Assembly: GCA_963664225.1 (NCBI GenBank)
Contig: OY760937.1
Span: 4,512,001 to 4,576,000, forward strand
From: Verrucomicrobiia bacterium
Lineage (GTDB): Bacteria > Verrucomicrobiota > Verrucomicrobiia > Limisphaerales > UBA1319
Length of the DNA stretch: 64,000 nt
Direction: 5' to 3'
Below the pieces are notes generated by a model, which searched no databases, had not been told where the DNA came from, and worked only from the letters and a program-made list of their open reading frames with translations. The position numbers were made by a program, and so were the translations under genes. This document shows, piece after piece, positions 57,579 to 64,000 of this stretch (position 1 is the stretch's first letter; the number at the start of each line of letters is the position of its first letter).

Positions 57579-58424
57579 ATGATTGCGGCGTTTTTACTGT
57601 CAGTTGTCATGGTGGTGCTAGCGGAAATGGGCGATAAAACCCAGCTTCTGGCGATGGCATTTGCTTCACGTTATCGATGGCAGACGGTGATGTGGGGTGT
57701 GCTTGCAGCCACCCTTGCCAATCATCTTCTGGCGGTACTTGCAGGTAATACCCTTGTTTCGATCATTCCTCTGGGGTGGCTAAAAACGCTTGCGGCGGTT
57801 TCGTTCATCTTTTTCGGCCTATGGACGATTCGCGGAGATTCGTTGGACGGTATGGAGAAGACCACAAAAATGACCCCGTTTTGGACGGTTGCCGTGGCTT
57901 TCTTCATAGCGGAAATGGGTGATAAGACGCAGCTCATGACGATGGCAATCGCAGCGGACGAGGCGATCAAAATCGGAGGAGTCGGGCTTGCTGCAAAGGC
58001 CAGCCAGATCCTTCCCGTATGGATGGGATCCACCACCGGGATGGTGATCGCGGATGGCTTGGGGATCGTGGCCGCGATTGTCTTGAAAAGGCACATCCCC
58101 GAAAAAGCCATCAAATGGGTGGCGGCATTGGTATTCATTGGATTCGGGCTCTTTGGCATCGATGAGGGCCTGGATCATTTGTTCAAGACCACATGGCACC
58201 ATCCGGCGCTCGTGATATCCGTGCCAATGCTCGTTGGTTTGATGTGGATGATTTCTCGCGCCAAACCTGTCGAGATGGTGGTTGACGGAGATAACCGCGC
58301 CGATTCAAGCACTTTAAGCGCAAGTTGCGCAGGAGTTGGGGCGATGGATCGGTCGATCGAAAAGGACTGCGCATCGCGAAGATTGAGGGGCGGTAAAGTT
58401 CAAGGGGTGAGCGAGGCTAAATAG
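57579..58424 (+). CDS. TMEM165/GDT1 (UPF0016) Mn2+/Ca2+ transporter
   Basis: Two AEMGDKTQL motifs. Confidence 0.93.
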   Translation: MIAAFLLSVVMVVLAEMGDKTQLLAMAFASRYRWQTVMWGVLAATLANHLLAVLAGNTLVSIIPLGWLKTLAAVSFIFFGLWTIRGDSLDGMEKTTKMTPFWTVAVAFFIAEMGDKTQLMTMAIAADEAIKIGGVGLAAKASQILPVWMGSTTGMVIADGLGIVAAIVLKRHIPEKAIKWVAALVFIGFGLFGIDEGLDHLFKTTWHHPALVISVPMLVGLMWMISRAKPVEMVVDGDNRADSSTLSASCAGVGAMDRSIEKDCASRRLRGGKVQGVSEAK

Positions 58425-58429
58425 GCGGT

Positions 58430-59341
58430 CTACTGCGTTTTTGAAGAGGCGGGGGTTGAATCCTGTCGATACTCAGAAAAGCACTCCAGGAAGTTCAGCA
58501 GCAGAAGCGAGGTATTTTGGCGCCTCCAAGTCAGGGCTGTTCGCACCGGTGGCAATCCTGGCGGCAGCGAACGAAAAACCAATCCCGGACGCTTTATCAG
58601 GGAAAGGGCGGCGGTGGTTGGCGCCACCCCGAATCCGGCCGAGATGAGCCACATTTTAATCTGGATATCCGGGGTGTAGTGCGCGGGATGTACTTTTGCG
58701 CCCGCCCTGGCGCATGCAGCCAGGAACGCATCGTAAAAACCATGCTGCTGGCTGGGCTGGATCATCACGAGCGCTTCGCCGTCGAAGTCCCCCCACTGAA
58801 GCTTGCGTTTGCGCGCGAGTCGATGCAGGGCAGGGGTGGCGAGCACTTGGAAGGTTTCCTCGACAAAACGGGACTCCAAATCGGGAAATTCCACCGGTGG
58901 TCGCAATAAACCGGCGTCCAACTCACCTGACCGGAGTTGTCGGAATTGCTCAGCGCTGGTTTGTTCGGAAATCAGAAGCTGCACGTCTGGAAAACGTTGA
59001 TGGTATTGACGCAGAATCCGGGCCAGCCAGGGGCTTGCCGCAGATGGAATGACTCCCACCCGGAGCAATCCCGCAGTACCCTTTTGCGCACGGCGCGCCA
59101 GGAGTTGAGCCTGTTGCGCAGCGGCTAGAATGGCGCGCGCCTGGTCAAGAAACAAGGAGCCAGCCTCGGTGAGAACGATCGTACGTGTGGTGCGTTCGAA
59201 CAGACGCACGTCCAGATCCTCTTCCAGAGCTTTGATTTGCGCGCTCACGGCTGGTTGGGCGACGCGCAGCCGTTCCGCCGCCCTGTGAAAATTGAGCTCC
59301 TCAGAAGCCACCACAAAGCATTTCAAATGGCGCAGTTCCAT
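58430..59341 (-). CDS. LysR-family transcriptional regulator, divergent from the RND operon
   Basis: MELRHLKCF...LNFHRAAERLRVAQPAVSAQIKALE HTH. Confidence 0.95.
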   Translation of the reverse strand: MELRHLKCFVVASEELNFHRAAERLRVAQPAVSAQIKALEEDLDVRLFERTTRTIVLTEAGSLFLDQARAILAAAQQAQLLARRAQKGTAGLLRVGVIPSAASPWLARILRQYHQRFPDVQLLISEQTSAEQFRQLRSGELDAGLLRPPVEFPDLESRFVEETFQVLATPALHRLARKRKLQWGDFDGEALVMIQPSQQHGFYDAFLAACARAGAKVHPAHYTPDIQIKMWLISAGFGVAPTTAALSLIKRPGLVFRSLPPGLPPVRTALTWRRQNTSLLLLNFLECFSEYRQDSTPASSKTQ

Positions 59342-59350
59342 ATTGGGATC

Positions 59351-59373
59351 ATTGATAACGAATAGTTATCAAT
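59351..59373. promoter_or_regulatory. LysR operator (ATTGATAAC-N5-GTTATCAAT, contains T-N11-A)
   Basis: Perfect 9-5-9 inverted repeat about 10 bp upstream of the LysR start. Confidence 0.75.
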
Positions 59374-59515
59374 ATGCTGCTGAATCTCTATTAGGCAATC
59401 CGCCAATTATCGGCGATTTTGCGTCGTGTTGTCAGGCAGACGCAGCGGGCGAAATTTCAAAAACGCCTAAAACCCCTGTATTAAGCGTATCACCTGACGA
59501 TCTTAAAACTGATAT

Positions 59516-62500
59516 ATGTGGATTGTCAGCCTTGCCTTGCGACGGCCCTACACTTTTGTGGTGGCCGCCCTGCTTCTTTTGTTGGTGACGCCCTTTGTTT
59601 TGCTGCGGACCCCGACGGACATCTTTCCGAGCATCAACATTCCGGTGATCAGCATCATCTGGCAATACAACGGTCTGGACGCGCAAGACGTGGAACAGCG
59701 TCTTGTTTACGCGAATGAGAGGGCGCTGAGCATCACGGTCAACGATATCGAGCACGTGGAGTCCACATCCTACAACGGCATTGGCATCATCAAGGTCTTC
59801 CTTCAACCGGGCGCTTCCGTGCCTGCAGCCGTGGCCCAAATCACCGCCATTGCACAGACTGTGTTGCGCCAGATGCCTCCGGGACAAACCCCGCCGCTCA
59901 TTATTCAATACAACGCCTCCACAGTGCCCATTCTCCAATATGGATTCAGCAGTCCCAAAATGGCGGAGCAGGAACTGTTTGATGTCACCGCCAACCAGGT
60001 GCGAATCGGTCTTGCGACAGTTCGTGGCGCGGTCGTTCCCTGGCCGTATGGCGGTAAGATGCGCCTGGTGATGGTGGATTTGAACTTGTCCTCCCTGAAG
60101 GCCAAGAATCTTGCACCGCAGGATGTCGTCACCGCAATGAATGCACAAAACCTCGTTTTGCCGGGAGGCGCAGCCAAGATCGGTTCCACGGAATATGACA
60201 TTGGGGTCAATGGCTCCGTGGTCCGTATCGAGGATTTGAATGACCTCCCCATCAAGGTCGTTGATGGCGCAACGATCCGTCTGCGCGATGTGGCACAAGT
60301 ACATGACGGATTCAATCCCCAGTTGAATGCGGTTCGTCAGGACGGTGTGCGAGGGGCGCTGCTGACGATCATGAAAAGCGGCTCAGCCTCAACGCTCGAT
60401 GTGGTGCGCCAGGCGAAGGCCTCGATGACCAGAATCATGAACACGGTCACCCCGGACTTGCAGGTGAAGGAGTTTGCCGATCAATCCCTGTTTGTGCGTG
60501 CTGCCGTGAATGGAGTGCTTCGCGAAGGGGTGATTGCAGCGGCCCTAACCGCTTTGATGATTCTGCTCTTCCTGGGTTCCTGGCGCAGCACGGTCATCAT
60601 CGCGCTTTCGATCCCACTTTCCGTAATGGCCTCGGTGGCCGTTTTGAGCGCCCTGGGAGAAACCATCAATCTGATGACATTGGGTGGTCTGGCATTGGCA
60701 GTGGGTATCCTGGTGGACGATGCCACGGTAGCGATTGAGAATATTCATCAACACATGGCCACCGGGAAGAAGCTTGAAGAGTCCATTCTCGACGGCGCGC
60801 AGGAAATCGCCCTGCCAGCCTTTGTTTCCACGCTTTGCGTATGCATCGTATTCGTCCCCATGTTTTTCCTGACAGGTGTGGCGCATTATCTGTTTGTGCC
60901 GCTGGCCGAAGCAGTCGTGTTTGCCATGCTGGCCAGCTACATCCTCTCACGAACCCTGGTGCCGACGCTGGTCATGTGGTTTTATCGCAATGTGCGAATG
61001 CATGGTTTTCATGAGGACGATTCGCACGCTTCAGTGTGGATTCGTCCGGCGCTAAGATTGCAACGCGCGTTTGAGACTGGATTCGAACGTTTCCGTCATA
61101 GCTATCGTGCATTACTCGCGGCCTGTCTGGCACGCCGTGTTTTCTTTGCGCTGGGGTTTCTCGGGATTTGCGCTGCTTCCACCCTCTTGATTCCCCTGCT
61201 TGGCGAGGACTTCTTTCCGAGTGTCGATGCGGGTCAACTTCTCCTTCACGTTCGCGCGCGGACCGGAACTAGAATGGAGGAAACCATTCGACTGACGTCG
61301 CAGATTGACGCGGTTATTCGCCAGGAGATCCCTGTCTCCGAGATTCGTGGTATTACTGATAATATCGGAATCCCGAATTCAAGCATTAACCTGAGCTACA
61401 ATACCAGCGGAGTGATTGGACCTGGCGATGCGGACGTGCTGGTCTCGCTCAACAAGGGCCACGCGCCGACGGAGGATCACGTGCGACGACTGCGCAAAGT
61501 CATGAACCGGGAGTTTCCTGGCACCCTTTTTTACTTCCTGCCCGCCGACATTGTCAGCCAGACGCTGAACTTTGGGCTTCCTGCGCCCTTTGACATCCAG
61601 ATTGTCGGACGGGACCAGGTCAATAATCGCCGTGTCGCCGGGCAAATTGTGGACCAGATCCGGCACATACCCGGCGCTGTGGATGTGCATTTGCATCAGC
61701 CTTCGGATCTTCCCCGGCTCAACGTGGCAGTGGATAGGGCCAAGGCTGCGGAACTTGGTTTGACCGAACAAAATGTCGCCAGTTCCATTTTGTTGAGTCT
61801 GAGCGGCAGCGGCCAGGTTTCACCTTCTTACTGGATGGATCAACGTTTCGGAGTCCAATACCTGATCAACACCCGCGTGCCAGATTACGCAATGAATTCG
61901 ATTGAGACTTTCAAATCGACCCCCATTGGTGGTGGGATTTCCGGAGCCTCCAGCGGCCAGATATTGGACAACCTTGCAACCGTTACTCGCGGATCAGGGC
62001 CGCCGGTGTTCAGCCACTACAATGTGGCTCCAGTGATTGACATTTTCGGCGGTGTGGACGGCCGGGATCTTGGGGCGGTGTTGCATGATATCGAACCCAT
62101 AATCAAGAAAGCAACGAACGACCTGTCCCGGGGCAATTCAATCGTATTGCGAGGTCAGGCTGATACCATGCACTCAAGCTACATTGGGCTTGGCGTTGGC
62201 CTTGTCATGGCGATCGCCCTGATTTATTTGCTGCTGGTCGTAAATTTTCAAAGCTGGCTGGATCCATTCATTATCATCACCGCGCTGCCGGGCGCTCTGG
62301 CCGGAGTGTTGTGGGGACTGTTCCTTTCGCAAACCACACTCTGTGTTCCGGCGCTCATGGGGGCGATCATGAGCATGGGGGTGGCAACCGCCAACTCCGT
62401 TCTCGTGGTGAGTTTTGCTCGCGACAATCTTCGGCGTGGAATGAGCCCTGTCGCCGCCGCCTTGGATGCAGGCGCTGGACGCATTCGACCTGTTTTGATG

Positions 62501-62698
62501 ACGGCCGCCGCCATGCTGATCGGCATGCTCCCCATGAGCCTGGGTCTCGGTGAAGGCGGAGAACAAAATGCGCCACTGGGACGCGCGGTCATTGGCGGTC
62601 TCTTTGTGGCCACAATCGCAACACTCCTTTTCGTGCCGGTGGTATTCAGCTTCATGCACCGCCGCAGCACCACTCATAACTCTGAAATTTCTCGATAG
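59516..62698 (+). CDS. RND efflux permease (AcrB/AcrD/AcrF family)
   Basis: ALRRP, DIFPSINIPV, GILVDDA.V.IENI, RIRPVLMT, PLGRAVIGG. 1060 aa. Confidence 0.95.
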   Translation: MWIVSLALRRPYTFVVAALLLLLVTPFVLLRTPTDIFPSINIPVISIIWQYNGLDAQDVEQRLVYANERALSITVNDIEHVESTSYNGIGIIKVFLQPGASVPAAVAQITAIAQTVLRQMPPGQTPPLIIQYNASTVPILQYGFSSPKMAEQELFDVTANQVRIGLATVRGAVVPWPYGGKMRLVMVDLNLSSLKAKNLAPQDVVTAMNAQNLVLPGGAAKIGSTEYDIGVNGSVVRIEDLNDLPIKVVDGATIRLRDVAQVHDGFNPQLNAVRQDGVRGALLTIMKSGSASTLDVVRQAKASMTRIMNTVTPDLQVKEFADQSLFVRAAVNGVLREGVIAAALTALMILLFLGSWRSTVIIALSIPLSVMASVAVLSALGETINLMTLGGLALAVGILVDDATVAIENIHQHMATGKKLEESILDGAQEIALPAFVSTLCVCIVFVPMFFLTGVAHYLFVPLAEAVVFAMLASYILSRTLVPTLVMWFYRNVRMHGFHEDDSHASVWIRPALRLQRAFETGFERFRHSYRALLAACLARRVFFALGFLGICAASTLLIPLLGEDFFPSVDAGQLLLHVRARTGTRMEETIRLTSQIDAVIRQEIPVSEIRGITDNIGIPNSSINLSYNTSGVIGPGDADVLVSLNKGHAPTEDHVRRLRKVMNREFPGTLFYFLPADIVSQTLNFGLPAPFDIQIVGRDQVNNRRVAGQIVDQIRHIPGAVDVHLHQPSDLPRLNVAVDRAKAAELGLTEQNVASSILLSLSGSGQVSPSYWMDQRFGVQYLINTRVPDYAMNSIETFKSTPIGGGISGASSGQILDNLATVTRGSGPPVFSHYNVAPVIDIFGGVDGRDLGAVLHDIEPIIKKATNDLSRGNSIVLRGQADTMHSSYIGLGVGLVMAIALIYLLLVVNFQSWLDPFIIITALPGALAGVLWGLFLSQTTLCVPALMGAIMSMGVATANSVLVVSFARDNLRRGMSPVAAALDAGAGRIRPVLMTAAAMLIGMLPMSLGLGEGGEQNAPLGRAVIGGLFVATIATLLFVPVVFSFMHRRSTTHNSEISR

Positions 62699-62703
62699 CA
62701 CCT

Positions 62704-63912
62704 ATGGAAACGAACGAATCAAAATCTTCCCTTCGTAAGTTGAACTCCGACACAGTCGGCGCGCTTCCTGAAACGCCACCCATCCGGCTCAGCCGCTTTG
62801 CGCTGATTGTTGGCATCCTTATTTTAATCGGACTGGTGGTGGGGCTCTGGCCCCGCTTGCTCGCGCGCCGCGCGCTGGCTGCAGAGTCCAGGGATGAGTC
62901 CGGAACCTCGGTGGCGGTGGTTCTGCCTGTTCCGGGCAAGTCCGGTCTCGGGACGCCTCTTTCCGCAGAGGTTAGAGCCTTTGTCGAAGCGCCCATTTAC
63001 GCTCGCGCCAGCGGTTATTTAAAGCGGTGGCTGGTGGATATTGGAGATCAGGTCAAGGCCGGGGACCTGCTGGCGGAAATCGATACGCCAGAAATCGACC
63101 AGCAATTATCGCAAGCTAAAGCCGAGCTGGCGCAGTCTGAAGCGACGTTGGAACTGGCCAAAACCACCGCAGCGCGCTGGACCGAACTGCTCAAAACCTC
63201 AAGCGTCAGCGAACAGGAAGCCGCTGAAAAACAGGCCGATCTGGCATTGAAAATCGCAACTGTGGATGCCGTACGCGCCAATCTTCATCGGCTCGAGGAT
63301 TTGAAGCGTTTTGCCAGTGTCACCGCGCCCTTTGATGGGGCCATCACTGCCCGCCAGACGGATGTTGGCCAGTTGATCACCGCGGGCAGCGGCAAGGAAC
63401 TATTCCACCTGGCGCAAACCAACCCTTTGCGTGTGTATGTGCGTGTGCCCCAAACCTACTCCCATTCCATCAAAACAGGGCAGAAGGGCGAGCTGGTTCT
63501 CGATGAACTGCCTGGTCGTAAATTCGAAGCCCGCGTGGTGCGTTCCGCAGGTGCGATGGAACCCGGGTCACGAACACTGCTGGTCGAATTGCAGGTGGAT
63601 AATTCCAAAGGCGAACTCCTCGCCGGTGGTTACGCTCAGGTTCGGTTCGCAGACGCTAGTGAGGCACCGATACTGACTCTGCCTTCCATCACGCTGCTCT
63701 TTCGCGCCGAAGGAATTCAGGCAGGTGTTGTTGGAAGCGATAACAAAGTCGGCTTACGCACGCTTAAACTCGGGCGGGACTTCGGCCAGACCATCGAAAT
63801 ACTTGGAGGCATCGACCCCGGTGACCGGGTGATTGTAAACCCACCTGATTCGCTGGCCAACGGTCAGGTCGTGCGCGTGGTTGAACCTGTGAAAAGTGTC
63901 GCGGCAAAGTGA
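62704..63912 (+). CDS. RND periplasmic adaptor (membrane fusion protein)
   Basis: N-terminal TM, ARASGYL..VDIGD.VK.G, APFDG.IT.R. Confidence 0.93.
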   Translation: METNESKSSLRKLNSDTVGALPETPPIRLSRFALIVGILILIGLVVGLWPRLLARRALAAESRDESGTSVAVVLPVPGKSGLGTPLSAEVRAFVEAPIYARASGYLKRWLVDIGDQVKAGDLLAEIDTPEIDQQLSQAKAELAQSEATLELAKTTAARWTELLKTSSVSEQEAAEKQADLALKIATVDAVRANLHRLEDLKRFASVTAPFDGAITARQTDVGQLITAGSGKELFHLAQTNPLRVYVRVPQTYSHSIKTGQKGELVLDELPGRKFEARVVRSAGAMEPGSRTLLVELQVDNSKGELLAGGYAQVRFADASEAPILTLPSITLLFRAEGIQAGVVGSDNKVGLRTLKLGRDFGQTIEILGGIDPGDRVIVNPPDSLANGQVVRVVEPVKSVAAK

Positions 63913-63916
63913 AGTC

Positions 63917-64000
63917 ATGGATGATATGTCGAATCCAGATCTTATTTCCGATGGCGAATCACCTTTGAACACAGGGGGAATCCAATCTTCAAAGGTTTTC
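63917..64000 (+). CDS. possible start of the next operon gene (outer-membrane factor expected), truncated by the window end
   Basis: ATG 5 bp after the MFP stop, with the frame open to the edge. Identity inferred from operon logic only. Confidence 0.3.
   Translation, partial: MDDMSNPDLISDGESPLNTGGIQSSKVF

Overview
This is gene-dense bacterial DNA of moderately high GC. Its content suggests Verrucomicrobiota (Pedosphaera/Limisphaera-like); that is an inference from the Tat-exported Gfo/Idh/MocA paralogues, the Ig-domain secreted proteins ending in an RFYR motif and the UroD-like sugar genes. I saw no rRNA, tRNA, transposase, integrase or cas gene. The main find is a ~15 kb type II FAS/PKS lipid cluster (8646-23588) built on an aryl-polyene-type scaffold: ACP, KR, KS plus chain-length factor, dehydratase, adenylate-forming ligase, GT2, LolA-like carrier, MMPL exporter and a lipoprotein. 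It also carries two cobalamin-dependent radical SAM enzymes, an MMPL::LpxL-type acyltransferase fusion and a papain-triad hypothetical protein. The rest of the window holds carbohydrate genes (GH36/27 alpha-galactosidase, GH144-like glucanase, six-hairpin protein, CBM-rich secreted proteins, galK-galT with a XylR-type regulator, deoC, three Tat oxidoreductases, an FGE-cytochrome c fusion), housekeeping genes (uup, TrmH, rsmI), an MlaEFD operon with an unknown outer-membrane partner, metal transporters and a LysR-RND efflux locus. Other patterns worth checking: a shared C-terminal 'RFYR..P' domain on four secreted proteins, a strong Thr/Ser-Asn dipeptide excess in exported proteins, an in-frame 38 bp repeat/34 bp spacer/38 bp repeat inside the ligase gene, a ~135 bp duplicated leader containing a palindrome, and a degenerate attC-like hairpin. 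All family assignments come from reading motifs by eye; no database search was run.
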